NCBI GenBank assembly: GCA_024679065.1
Contig: JAGIQG010000010.1
Coordinates: 62,744,001 to 62,808,000 of the forward strand
Direction: 5' to 3'
Source: Sphyrna mokarran
Taxonomy: Eukaryota
DNA: 64,000 nt
Part shown: positions 25,689 to 38,442 of the stretch, one piece after another
Layout: every line of letters begins with the position of its first letter
How positions within the stretch are numbered: the first letter of the stretch is position 1
Position numbers and translations under genes: made by a program
The notes under the pieces: generated by a model
What the model was told of the DNA's origin: nothing
The model's database searches: none
The model's input: only the letters and a program-made list of their open reading frames with translations

Positions 25689-26123
25689 AGCAGGCCTCAA
25701 ATGCAGTGGATTGTGACGTAATGGAAGTCCTCGGCTGCTGTTCACAAGATGAGTTTGAGGAAGCTTCAGTTTCTTGTAAGTTGACTTACGCCAGTCAATT
25801 TTATCAAGTGGAAATTCGAACTGATTTTTACATCCTGATATATAATCTCATCACGTAAATCTTGGTACCAGGATTATAAATTTATACAAAAATTACACCT
25901 GCCAGGTGTATAGCTCTGAACTTGCACTCAAGTAATCTGTTATTAATCTGTATCTAAACCATACCTGGAGAGCTTTACACTGGAACTGGACCCCAAAGAA
26001 AATAAAATTCAAAAGCAGTGGCCAACAATGTTCAAATGGATGCCTGCTTCATATTTAGTGAAGTTAGAGGAGGAAAGGATTTGAGAAGGAGGAGGTGGCT
26101 ATGAACAAGGAGAAGCACAATAA

Positions 26124-26328
26124 GAAGTTTTACAACCCCAAGTTGAAGTCCAACAGGTTTATTTAGAATCATGAGTTTTCGGAGCACTGCTCCTTCATCA
26201 GCACTTATTTGCAGAAGGAGTAGTGCTCTGAAAGCTTGTGACTCCTGATAAACCTGTTGGATGTTAACCTGGTGCTATGAGACCTCTTACTGTGCCTAGC
26301 CCAGTCCAATGCCAGTATCTTCACAAGA
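26124..26328. mobile_element. Penelope-like element terminal repeat in inverted (palindromic) arrangement
   Basis: Arms at about 26124-26201 and 26209-26288 are reverse complements (14-bp perfect match, 26149-26162 / 26248-26261). The minus strand carries CTGATGAAGGAGCAGTGCTCCGAAA. Confidence 0.8.
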
Positions 26329-26929
26329 TGACCATCTGGGAAGGAAGCCGCAGAGCTAAGAGCCACCATGGGTGATATGATTGACTGGCAGCTTTCTAGT
26401 ACCAACAGTGCCAACGGGAGTGGTGGCCGCTGCTGAGACTGCACCCAGCCCAAGAAGGCAAAAAGCACAGAGTTCTATTTGGCCACTTAAGGGCCCCAAC
26501 TGATGCAAGGGAGTAAGCCAAGCAAGGCCTCACCTGCTACCTGTTAAGTCAAGGCTAGGTTAGGACCGTGTGTAAGCAGCAGGGAGGTTCTCACAAATCT
26601 TTACTGGCCCCCATGTTTACAAACCTGCCCACAGCAACCATAAAATTCTGGCCCAAGAACTCTCCCCAACACCAATATGAGAGCACCTTAATCAAAGAGA
26701 AGTATCACCACCTTATCAAGGTCAATTAGGAATGGGCAATAAATGTCTGCTTTCACCTCTTCATAAGTTGAAGCTATTGTTTGTTTCTCTTTGTGCACCT
26801 AGGTGCACGATGCAAACTTTGATCTGTTTCCATAGTGAAGTTTTTCCTGGAACAGGTTACCAATCCTGTCATCAGAGGATTTTTGAGGGATGCCACTCGG
26901 CAACAAGTGTGGCTGATCAGTAGTCTCTC

Positions 26930-27495
26930 TTGCAGCTTGGAAGGATTTTGCAGCTTGATGTTTACCACAACCTATTGGATGGGTTATGAATGCACCTTTC
27001 TTGGCCACTAAGTCCAGGGGTGGGACTCAAACAAATAACATTTGAAGACTCTGGATCTGTACTCGATAGAGTTTAGGAGGATGAGGAGGGATCTCATTGA
27101 AATTTACAGCATATTGAAAGGTATGGATAGAGTGGATATGGGGAAGATCTTTCCATTAGTTGGAGAGACGACAATCTATGGGCAGCCTCAAAGTAAAGGG
27201 GCAACCCTTAGAACCGAGATGAGCAGGCATTTCTTCAACCAGAGGGTGGTGAATCTAAGAAATTCATTGCCTCAGAAGACAGTAAAGGGCAGATCATTGA
27301 GTATATTTAAGATAGATAGGTCCTTGATTAGTATGGGAATCAAAGGTTATGGGGAAAAAGCAGGAGAACAGGGCTGAGAAACTTACCATCCATGATTAAT
27401 TGGCGAAGCAGTCTCAATGGGCCGAATGGTCTAATTCTGCTCCCATGTTTTATGGTGTAACTTAGAGCCCTAGAAGCTCCCCACTGCACCGCAAA
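26930..27495 (-). mobile_element. tRNA-head SINE (family also at 35700-35980) interrupted by CR1
   Basis: TTGGAAGGATTTT...GGGTGGGACTCAAAC matches about 35833-35924; the element breaks at the B box and appears to resume weakly after 27460. Confidence 0.55.
27040..27457 (+). mobile_element. CR1 LINE 3' end
   Basis: ORF 27042-27377 (LDLYSIEFRRMRRDLIEIYSILKGMDRVD...FFNQRVVNLRNSLPQ) followed by the CR1 3' UTR. Confidence 0.9.
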
Positions 27496-28180
27496 CAAGA
27501 CTTTCAAATTGAAGTGATAGTGAAGGCTATTTATTATTATCTATGGTAAGACCATCACAAATTTAATCCTGTGGATTACTTTATAGTTCCCTGCTTCTCA
27601 GTCCAGGATTCTCACTGCAGGCTTGGTATGAGCAAAATCTTATTGCTTTAGCAATGTCCTCCTATGCTCATTTATTTCAGCAGTTTTATCTATACAAACT
27701 GTTAAGATAATAAATCAGCTTGCAAAAATTTGAGGTCGAAACAAGGTTGCATTACAAAAATATGATATATAATTAGCATTGATCTGATCGCACTTGGGCA
27801 TTCTTAACTTAATGTTTCTCATGAAGTTTTCTGGTGAGTGCTGATTTGATTTCTGTTTACAAGTTCATTTAGCTTTACTGCATCAAATCTAGAAGAAGTG
27901 CACCCAGTCGAACGCCAATTGACTTCCAATCTCTTTAATTTATGATATTTGTTACTTTTCACCGCATTGTAATCATTGTTATACATTGCTCGAAGCAGCC
28001 ATTCTATCAATGTATTCATGAAGTAAGCTCTTTAGTCCAGTGCCTCTTCACTGGAGGGTTGGTTCATCCTGCATAATTTGTAGATTTAGGCCATACTGCA
28101 AGTAAATAAATAAGTGGTCTGTCATTGGAGCTGGTGAAATTTATCAATGTCCGACTCTGTTTGTGCTGTTAACAATGGAT

Positions 28181-28508
28181 GGCATGGTAGCACAGTGGTT
28201 AGCACTGCTGCTTCACAGCTCCAGGATCCTGGTTCGATTCCTGGCTCGGGTCACTTCTGTGTGTAGTTTGCACATTCTCCTCATGTCTGCGTGGGTTTCC
28301 TTCAGGTGCTCTGGTTTCCTCCCATAGTCCAAAGATGTGTGGGTTAAGTTGATTGGCCATGCTAAAATTGCTCTTAGTGTCCTGAGATGTGTAGCTTAGA
28401 GGGATTAGTAGGTAAACTATGTAGGAATATGGGGGCCTGGGTGGGACTGTGTTCAGTGCAGACTCGATGGGCTGAATGTCCTCTTTCTGTACTGTAGGAT
28501 TTCTATGA
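28181..28508 (+). mobile_element. HE1/V-SINE, full length
   Basis: A box TAGCACAGTGG (28188-28198), B box GGTTCGATTCC (28231-28241), V-domain, and CR1-type tail ending TTCTATGA. Confidence 0.92.
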
Positions 28509-28680
28509 ATGGTAGGGAAACCTCAGAACAATTGGCTTAAGAAATCCTTAACTGTATGAAAAACAAAATACATCAGATCATTTAACTCTGCTTTGAGGAT
28601 CTCAAAAGTGAAATCCCTACCTCTGCCCCATACCTTCTCTTGTCTTGCAATCTACAAGACTTTAAAAATCCAAATTCAAT

Positions 28681-28806
28681 GGGTGAAGTTTTCCCATCCT
28701 GCCCACTACGAGAATCATAGCAGGTGGGAGAGGATCCTGTGAAAGTTCATTGAACTCTGGTGGGATTTTCCAGTCTCAGTGTGAGAGTGACCAGAAAATC
28801 CCAACC
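28681..28806. mobile_element. Short Harbinger-type MITE
   Basis: TIRs GGGTGAAGTTTTCC / GAAAATCCCAACC with TSD AAT on both sides. Confidence 0.75.
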
Positions 28807-29059
28807 AATATCACCAAACCACAGCTCCTGCAGTTGGTTCATTTTTTTCATTCATTCTCTTCAACCTGCACAATGAATCATGGCCTTTCAATTAAATTTC
28901 TTGGTTTTTAAATAAAATCTACAAGATTCATATTTAATTTGAATCAGAACTAAAATGATTTAATTACCTTTTGTCCAAATTGATAGTTTACTTGTCTTAC
29001 TAAGATTTATTAACGAAAATGACAAGATTTACATTATTTATGCACAGAAGGATGGGTTT

Positions 29060-29492
29060 GTTAGCTGTGGTTTGTTTGGTAGCCCACTTCCCTCTGGGTT
29101 CAAGTTCCATCCCAGATTTTGAGCACAAATATCATGCTTGCCACTTCAGTGCATTACTGAAGGAGTGCGGTAATGTTGGAGAAAATGTCTTTCAGATCAT
29201 ATGTTAAACAGAGGCCACTTCTGACTGCTCTGGTGGATATACATGATTCCACAACATTAATGTGAAGAAGAGCAGGGGAATTATTCCCAATGCCTTAACC
29301 AATACTTATTCCTCAGTCAACATCACACAGATAGATTAACTGGTTACTGTCACATTCACTTTTGCTGTGTACAAAACTATCTGATGCACTTCCCACCCGA
29401 CTACAGTTTCAAAATGAGTTACTGGCTGGGGAGTGCGTTGAGACATTCCGTGTTTGTAAAAAGCGCTATATAAATGCAAGTTTTTCTTTTTT
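29060..29492 (+). mobile_element. DeuSINE (SacSINE1-like), near full length
   Basis: tRNA-like head (GGGTTCAAGTTCC), Deu-domain (TCTTTCAGATCATATGTTAAACAGAGGCC...GAAGAAGAGCAGGGGA), tail GCGCTATATAAATGCAAGTTTT. Confidence 0.85.
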
Positions 29493-30109
29493 TGTTGTTT
29501 ATTTCCTCTTGTAGATGATTCAGAAAGAGGATGAAACACAATATAGGAACTGTTCATCTTTTTAAAGAATTGTAAACCACTTGCCTGGTTCCATTTATCT
29601 ATTTTTTGGTGGATAAACACTCAGAAATATCGATGCTATGTATGATTATTTTGTGAGCTAAAGTTAGTTCAGATGTCTGGTACAATAGTACTCTGGTTAT
29701 GGTACTTGACCAACAACTCAGAAGTGTAAATTCTGATCCTACCATAATATTGAGCTCAATATTCTCAATCAGCCATGAAACCTAAGAGAATTTTGTCAAA
29801 AAGCACCGATTTGCTTGTATTTGTTAGGGTAGGAGACTGAAACTTTACTTCCTCTGACCTATATGTGAAACCAGTTCTAGACTATATAGTTCAGCTTTAA
29901 TGCTTGAGAAAGCAAGTGACCTGATTGTGAAATGATTGCTATGGTCATTAGCAAGAATTCCATAAAGTCCTGCCTTTGTCACTTTATCATGATAACTAGA
30001 AATGTGCAATACATGTGTGGCCGTAGATGTAAAAACTTATAGTTTATATGGAATTGGGGAAAACTGCATTTCTTCTGCAAAGCGGGCAATATTTCAGTCA
30101 CATTTTTAA

Positions 30110-32760
30110 TTTGGTAGAGGATGCTACCACTTCTTCAATCACCTTCCCAGCCTCTCGCCAGCATTTTCCACCCTACCTCCACTAACATGTGAAGAGCTTA
30201 TGGGCTTCAATTGAGCCCACCAGTTCTGCCGCTTCTGTTGTAACTTCATAACTGGCCAGCCATTTATTTCTCAAGGCCACTCTATCCCTAGCTCCGCCCT
30301 GCTAAAACCCCTGAGCAGTCAACTTCCTTTCCCTTTACAAACTGACATTTTAAAAAGTTCCCCCTGCTCAGGTTTCATGCCCTACCTCTTCTTTAAAATC
30401 ACCATCAATATTCTGTTCTTTTTTAAAAAAATCTTACATCTCCAAACTCCCTTTCCTCTCATAAACCTTTATCATTTTGCCCTCTCCCAAATCTGTACCC
30501 ATCGTTCCCATAGTCCAGTCAGGTTTCCACCTCGGGCACAGTAATGAAATAGCTATAATTAACATCACAAATAGCAATCTCTGTATGTTGATGATGCACT
30601 AACTTTCCTCACTCTTTGTGACCCCTCTGCATCAATCACACCGTTCTCCTTCAATGCCTCCTTTATCGTCCAACTGAGGGTGGGTTATTCAGCTCTTCCA
30701 GCCAGTGGACCCTTCCTGTCCTGTCGAAGTCGAACCTCCCCTGATGGGAGCCCTGATGGCTGAGCAGGCAAGCCATGCAAAAGTCCATTGACGTTGGCAG
30801 GATTAGAAGACTGCCCTCACCTGGTTCCATACTTATTTTTCCAAATCAAAACTAAAGATTCTGCGATAATTGCTTCTTTTGCCAATATGATATCATCAGC
30901 CTCCATGGGATTTGAGTATTGTTGGCAAGACCAGCATTTGTTACCACCCCTACTGGAAGAATAAAAATAATGACAGCCTCTAAAGCTGATAGCATTATAT
31001 TCCTCATCCTTATCTTCATACTTCCCCTCAGCAACATCATCTGAAGACACGGTCATTGATACTAGCTATCTCAGACAGATGAAGAAAGTTGAGAGAATGA
31101 AAGGAAGTTAGCAAGGAAAAATGGAGGGACACCATCACCATGCTCATGCCTTCCACTAGTCTTCGGGCAACAGCTTGCCTGTATGCCACTTTGGAAATCT
31201 AGCTATGATATCATATTTCAGTCGGATTCCCACAGCGCTGTTGAAAATCTGATTCAAACTTAAACAACTGCCAGCCAGTTTCCCACGGCTCACAATACCT
31301 GACAGTCAAATGATGGTCAAAGTGGCAACTTCAGCTGGTTGATGCCTTGTAAAGATTAGCAAGAGTAGAAATGTTTCTCCTTGTCCCCAAGGAAGTCCTT
31401 GGTCCCCCTTGCAACCTCTTCTCACTGCCACAATAATGGCAATTGCATCCCCCTCCCCCACCACTACCACCAAAATCCAAATCCATATTTCTGCTGCAAT
31501 CTGAAAGCCCCCAAACCAACTCCATCCCTCCCATGCCCAACAATCCTGTTGTTGATCATTGGATAGTCTGAAGCCATTATCTTCACTTCCCACCAGGATC
31601 TCTGCACCATTGCCATCAATTTCATTCCCCTCCATGACCACTGCTTCTAATCACAGTATCCTATTTGATATTGAACCAACTGCTGCGAAAAAGGACCTCT
31701 TTGCTTTCGCTACCTCAACTATTTCAATACTCTTCTCCAATCCTCTGCAACCTAACTTCATCCAAAAGTCTGTTGCCCATAGCCTAGCCCGCACCAAATT
31801 TTGCTCACTCGCCACCACAGTGCTCAGTGATGTAATTAGCTCCAAATTCAGTAACACACAATATTGAAAAATTTCATCCTAATTTCTCAAAATTCTTTAC
31901 AGGTTTATCCCTCCGTCTCTGAAACTTCCACAAATTGTATAATTCTGAGTATTCAGCCTTCCTTACGTTCTGGACAGTGAGGAATCCCCATCCCCACCTC
32001 CACCACCAACTCTCTTTTTCATCTTGATGGTTGTGCTTTTATCCACCTGAATTCTTGAGAAGCCCTTCAGTTGTCATCACGATGATCCAGATGGAATGTG
32101 ATTTTCCTAAGTTTATAATCGAGGGCTGCACACAGTCAATTCCTCTGCTATAAAGTCTTACATTTAATTGATTACTCGCCCAAAGACATGCATTGACTTT
32201 TAATTTGCAGTTTAAATCAACAAATGATTTACACCAGATGCTTTTACTAGCTTAATATGAGTCTTCTGTTTCATTGTCTAAATAAAACCCAGAGGAAGAG
32301 ATGAGAATTTTTAGTGTCAAAGACCAATTACATAAATAATTCTCCATTTTACTTCAATTTCTGCAATTATGGTGCAAAGTCACAATAATTGTAAATGTTC
32401 AATACAAATATAAATAAGGTTTCAGATTGTGCTTTATCTAACTTTTTTAATTGCTCTGCAGCCTTTGACAACATCAGATTTCTTCAAAGCCTTTATTCTG
32501 CTTTCCGACATTATGGAAGTGCCTTCACTCGATCCCTGTCACTGACTTCTCTTCCCAACTCTGAACTGTCACCCTGAGTTCCCCGAGGATTTTCTTGACC
32601 CCTGCTCTTCCTTCCTTATCTATAGGTTATCCCATGACAACATCAACTGTAAGGCACAAATCAACTTCAAAACATATGGTAGTAAGACCAGCTTCACCTT
32701 TTCATCACTTTTCTTGACCCATTTGCTGTCCTTGTGTTGTTAGACTGCTTGTTAAACAGA
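30110..32760 (+). mobile_element. Fragmented, highly decayed L2-like LINE (pieces at about 30110-30700, 31570-31960, 32445-32760)
   Basis: CCAGTCAGGTTTCCACC...GCACAGTAATGAAATAGCT (QSGF...HS.E.A), TCTGCAGCCTTTGACA (SAAFD), and NFIQKSVAHSLART in ORF 31559-31867; C/T-rich sense strand. Confidence 0.65.
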
Positions 32761-33091
32761 CATCCTTGTATGAGCTGCATTTTTCTTTGGGTAAGCCTTG
32801 GGAAAATCAGAACAGGAAGGACTAGGCTGTTTGTTCCTTCAAAGCTGTTCAGCCATTCAGGGATGTGATGGCTAATTTGTGACTGCATTTCAAATATCCA
32901 TCTTTGCCCCGTATCCCTCAATATCAACACAAATCTTTCAACTTCAAATTTCAGATTAACAGTCAATCCAGCATTAGTTGCTGTTTGCAGCAATTTAAAA
33001 TGCAATTGCAATTCATAACTCCAGCATCTTTTGCATGTAGAAGTGTTTCCCACCTCACTCTTAAAGATCTGTTTCTACTTTTTTAGACAAT

Positions 33092-34301
33092 GGACCCGAT
33101 TTTACCATTTTAATTCTAAGTGCTGAATCTGGATGCAGTTCAGATCGGACTTGGAAGACTGTTCTTGGGTACACACGCACACTGATTTAAAAAAATTGCG
33201 GATCTGAATTGTGCTGTGGGCAGGGCTTATCGCTGCGGTTCTGATCGGAGCTTTGAATTATGCATACGCGATGAAAAAATTTGAAAAACGTGCCCCTGTT
33301 ACATTGCTCCCAAGTTGCAAAAATCAGATAAAGCAGCCTGGGAGCAAAAAGCGGGAGTGATGACTCCCACAGATATCACCCCATCCCCACAACATAACTG
33401 TCCCCTTTTTCCAATTACCCCCCCGCCACTACCCAGACTGATCACGACCATCTGCCTCTCTTCCCGCCCCCCGCACCACAGATTGCCTGCAGAATGGCAG
33501 TGGACCCGCCCCGCCACCCCCCCGCCCCCTACCAATCACTTGTAGAGTGGCAGTGGAGCCCCGCTGCCTCACCACCACTGATCGCTGGCAAAGTTGCAGC
33601 AGATCCCCCAGGGTCACGCATCCTCCAACCAGAGATCCATCTGGCCTCCCTCTCTTCCCACCAGTGAACGATCAGATCTCCCTTCATCCTCTCCTTATCC
33701 CACCAGAGATCCATCTGGTCTTTCTCTCTTTCTCCCAACAGAGTTCATCTGGCCTCCCTCCCTGCCCCTCACAACCCACCAACCCCCCCACCCAAGAATG
33801 ATCGGGTCTTCCTCCTCCCTTCCCCCATCCAACCATAGAACAAATGGGCCTCCCTCCCCCTCCCCCCTCTGCCCATAACCAGAGAATTATTGGGCCTCCT
33901 TCCTTCTCAACACCCTTCCCAACCAGAGAATGATTGGGCCTTCCTCTTCCCCCCTCATCTGAACCACCTTTCTACCCCTAGCCCCCCACCACCACTAGAG
34001 AATGATCGGGCCTCTCTCCTCCCCTCCACCACCAGAGAATGACCTGCCCCTCCCCCCGCGTTGAATCTGAGTGGGCAAATGCAATGGTAAAGGGGGAAAT
34101 GCTGGTAAAATTGGGCAGGCAGCCCATTAATTCAATTTAAATACATGCAAATTCATTTAAATTGCCATTGCACCTGTTTTGGTTCATGACTATTTTTGGG
34201 CCTTGATAAAGTGGGCGTGAATCATGTTAATTGCCTCATGCCCTACTTTATCAAGTTTTTGCGTCCAAAAACAGGAATGACGCAATGCTAAAATCAGGCC
34301 C
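33092..34301. mobile_element. Non-autonomous PIF/Harbinger-like DNA transposon (same family as 7574-8375)
   Basis: TIRs GGACCCGATTTTACC / GCTAAAATCAGGCCC; 3-bp flanks AAT and TAT; both termini colinear with 7574-8375. Confidence 0.85.
33620..34050. repeat. Degenerate minisatellite inside the transposon
   Basis: About 10 copies of an ACCAGAGA(ATGATCG/TCCATCT)GGCCTCC-like core separated by variable C/T tracts. Confidence 0.85.
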
Positions 34302-35181
34302 TATGTCTCTTTGTCCTAAACCTTCCAAATGGTGGGACTAGTTTATCTCTGTTTAGCTTATTAGTTCCCCATAATAATTTGAAAAACTTTGTCTTCTTTG
34401 AAAATTTCTGAATTCCAGAGAATACGGTATAACCTGAGTTTGTCTAATCTCTCTTTGTAATTTATCATTTTCTGATAAATCAAGTAAATTTACCAATTAA
34501 TCTTTCTGTGCTGTGGTGCCCAGAAGGATTCACAGTGTTCCAGTTTGGATTAACTTTAGTATAACTTCTACCTGCTCGAATCCTTTGGATACAAAGGCCA
34601 TAAGTTTTTCTGATTATTATCTATGTCCAGGGCATTTTGTTGATCGATGTTCTTGAACCTCAGTGTCTCTTTTGACCTCCACTACTCCCAGCTTGTCTCT
34701 GTTTGGAAGGTACTCTATCCTTTTTTGGTCTTACATTAAACTCTCATTTGCCTATGTTGAAATTCATTTGTCATATTCCTGCCCATTCCGTATAACCTAT
34801 CACTATTTCTTTGGTAATTTTATGCTTCCTATACATTGATTATAAGGCTGCATAGGCATTGTAAAACATAGGCTATCTCAGGCATGTGGCTTTCTATCCC
34901 ATCAAAGTTATTAATAAGTAGTGAATAGTTGAGACCTCAACACAGGAATCTTGCTGCAGACCATAACAACATCCTAAGTAACTGCCTGTTCTCCATTTCC
35001 TATCATTCATCCAATTTCATCTTTAGCTGATAAGTCTCTTATGAGGGACTTAATCAAATGCCTTTCTGAAAGTCTATCTAAATAACATGCATAGATATTT
35101 CACCTCCCATTACTTCAGTCACCTCTTCAAAAGATTCTATCAGTTTTGACAAGCATCAGCTACCCTTTACTAATCCATACT

Positions 35182-35507
35182 TCATAGAATCATAGAAACT
35201 CTACAGTGCAGAAGGAAGCCACTCAGCCCTTCAAGCCTGCACCAACTCTCCAGCAGAGCTGCTTACCACATATTTGCCACACTAATCCCTCTAATCTATA
35301 TATCCTGGGATGTGCACATACTAGCAAATGAATGGACAACTTAGCCAATCAATCTAACCCGCAGATCTTTGGAGGAAACTGGAGCACCCGGAGGAAACCG
35401 ATGCGGACACGGGGAAAATGTGCAAATTCTACACAGCTAGTCCTCCAAGATCGAAATCAAACCCAGGTCCTTGGTGCTGTGAGGCAGCAGTGCTAACAAC
35501 TGTGCCA
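35182..35507 (-). mobile_element. HE1/V-SINE
   Basis: TCATAGAATCATAGAAACTCTACAGTGCAGAAGG tail through GAGGCAGCAGTGCTAACAACTGTGCC head. Confidence 0.88.
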
Positions 35508-35699
35508 TTTGTTCTCCCAGATTGCCTGAAAATTTTCAATTTGTTCAGTCACTCTATCCTTAGTTATACTCTCAGATAATTTCTAAAAGCAAATGTTTGT
35601 CTAACAGATCTATAGTTCCCAGGTTTCCGCCTAACCTTTCTTAACTAATGGAATGACATGCATAATTTTCCAAACTAAAAGTGATGGTTCACTCAAAGG

Positions 35700-35980
35700 G
35701 TCCAAGTTGCTGTGGCAACATCACTTTTACATGTTGTATGTTGTAATCTGGAGCTATGGATTATGATAGCGGAGGCTACACCTTTCTTTCATTACGTAGC
35801 TGACCATTCTTGCTGTCTGCCACTGACGTGTGTTGGAAGGATTTTCAGGTTAATAATAAATCTGTTTGGTCATGTCATGAATTGCAGCTTCCTCGGCCAG
35901 CAAATTCTAGGGTGGGACTCAAACCCAGAAACTTCTGGCTTGGTGACAGGTTCCTATTCCCGCCCTACAAAACCTCCTTC
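35700..35980 (-). mobile_element. tRNA-head SINE, second family
   Basis: Minus-strand head GGAGGTTTTGTAGGGCGG...CTGGGTTTGAGTCCCACC; body shared with 26930-27032. Confidence 0.6.
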
Positions 35981-36059
35981 CAAACCAAAAGAACAAAGCC
36001 AAAATCAAGAAAACTTCAAAAGATTATTGTTAGAGCATCTGCAATGTTCGAGCAGAAGA

Positions 36060-36310
36060 ACAATAGAAATAGGAGGTGGAATAGACCCTGAGGACTGCTT
36101 CACTATTCAACAAGATCATCGTTGACCTTCTACCTCAACTTGACTCTCTACATTATCCCTATAATACCTTAATTCTGTTAGTAACCAAAAAAACAAGTAA
36201 CATCCATCTTGAATAAACTCAATAAGTGAATATCCACAGCCCTTTAGGGTAGAAAATTCTAAAGATTTACAATGTTTGCGTGGAGAAATTTTTCCTCACT
36301 TACTTACTCT
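36060..36310 (-). mobile_element. CR1 3' end fragment
   Basis: AATAGAAATAGGAGGTGGAATAGACC...TCCACAGCCCTTTAGGGTAGAAAATTCTAAAGATT. Confidence 0.65.
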
Positions 36311-38442
36311 GAAATCCTGAGAGGAAAATCTTCTGGTCCTGTGGGTTTGTTGTTCATTAGTGCAGCTATTTTATTCTTTACATTTATATTGAGTATGTTT
36401 ATTTTGGAAAGTCACCTTCCTGATTCATGATGAGTTTCTTTGAGAGGGTTGGGGTCCTATCTTCTGCCTTTTCTGTAAAATCTGATGCAAAGTAATTATT
36501 CAACATATTTACCTTTGTTTTCATTTATAGTATCACAGTTATCTATCTTCGAGTGGCCACATTCCTCCTTTTTCCAAATATGACACGTTTTTTTTGCATT
36601 GATTTTGAAATTCCTGGCCTTGTTCTTCTCGGGTTCTGTTTTTGTAGCTCTTACTATCTGTTTTGTCAGCACTTAGGTGGTGAGTTCGTCAATGGGGATA
36701 TCGTTTAATTAGACCAGTGGTGGCAGATGGGAATCCACCATCCTCCCACTTCCATGGCAGGAAAGTCTATGGGTGGCCTTCTCACTGTGTTACCATTTGA
36801 GGCCCTTAAGTTGTCAATAATGCCCACTTAAGGGCATTATCCTGATGGGGAGCTCACTATCTGAAGAGCATGACACATAAATCTCTGAAGGGTTGCATGT
36901 GGGTTCCCTAATTCCTTCAGTGCTTCAACCCCCCAATGAATTCCACAGTCCTGTAACTCCAGCAGTTTTGTGCCTTCCCTCCTAACTTACTCCCATCAGG
37001 AGTGATACACGCTTCAGAATGCCTTCCTGCAATCCTCCTTTCTCTTACAAACTGTAAGAACCTTTTAAAGATTGTTTATTTCAAACTGAGTCTTCTTGTT
37101 ACCTTCTTTGGCTCAGTGTCCATTTCTCCCTTACACGTCAATGGCAACATTTTATCCACATTAACAGTGCTAAGGTTTTGTTGTGCTATTGATATATTTA
37201 AGGAAGCATGCCACGGCTAACTCTGCCAAATCTATGGCATTGCAAACCTCCCAAATTTAGACGAGCTCCCTGCACCGCCCAGTCTTCACAGGAGAGGCTT
37301 GTCAGTCAGCTGAAACTGATTACTGGCTAAGTATAATTGCACCAGGTTTTATTATGCTCCAAGAAGGTTTAACACTGTGAAGAATAATTGATCCTCTTTA
37401 TGTAGAACAGTACTTTAACAGGCTGTTGGACATTCAAGACTTCATCTTTTACAACACATAATTAAAAGTAATATAGCCTTTAAACTTGGGTGGTGAAACT
37501 GAGTGAGCTAATGACCTGAGCCAAACCCTGCATTCTGTACGAAATGAACGCAGTTAATTCTCATTCTGGTCTCAGTAGCTGAGAGAAAACTTTCTATCTT
37601 AGGTATTGAAACTAGAATCACAGTGATTTCCTACAGAATGCCTCATTCATCAAATGCCCATTTGCAAACATGGGCAAAATTGTTTCTAAACAGAAATAAA
37701 ATGAATGGTGAAAATCCAAGTTGTTTATATCCAGATAGATCAGAATACAGTGTGTGTATTCTATTGATACAAATTGCATTTTCTGAAGTAATTCCATGGG
37801 AGACTTTAAATTTAAAGAAACTTCTATGACACTATTGTAAAAGGTTCCATACATGGGTGGACACATTGATGAGTCTGAATTAGTTTGGGGTTGAAGAGAA
37901 AGAATGGTTCTGATTGACTAAGAGCCACTGTAAAACAAAACTACTAAATGTGATTTCACACCGCCTCAGATCCTTTTATTGTTCTGTATCAGAGAGGCTG
38001 CGACAAAGTCAAGCTAATTGTCAATGGTTACTGAAAATCAATTCAAGCTGTATAAAACATAGCCAGAGTCAGGTATTAATAATGAACTCCAAGGTCTGCA
38101 TTTTTCTCAACTGAAAAGCAGAAAGGTGGTCAGAAGAGTAACCCATATTTAGAGAGCATTCACTTATCTTGCATAGAAAGAAGGGGTTAGAATTTAACTA
38201 GCAGAGCATGCCCGCTCCCTGCTCAATGGTGCCAACATTAGGCAATGCCTTGCTGCATAAGACTGTGGGCAAATAGAATAAGCTCCCAGCTGGCAGGGTG
38301 AAACCATGTCATACAGGGGACGAGGCTAGTTCATTGCACTTGTGTGTGCTGACACCTGCAATGGTGGTTTGCCCAGGCTAAAGTGGAGTAAAGGATCAGA
38401 GTAGCCAATGAGGTTAAACCCAGTCTTCATCTGATTTTCAAA

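Larger units (their letters stand above)
32800..36660 (-). mobile_element. Long decayed CR1 LINE fragment hosting several nested insertions
   Basis: CR1 3' end at about 32800-33091, continuing at 34302-35180, 35510-35690 and about 36400-36660. ATCAAATGCCTTTCTGAAAGTCTAT is the minus-strand 'DF.KAFD' RT motif. Confidence 0.7.

Noticed and set aside
33620-34050. CRISPR-like repeat-spacer appearance
   Set aside because: The repeats are degenerate, the spacers are low-complexity C/T tracts of unequal length, the context is eukaryotic and there are no cas genes.
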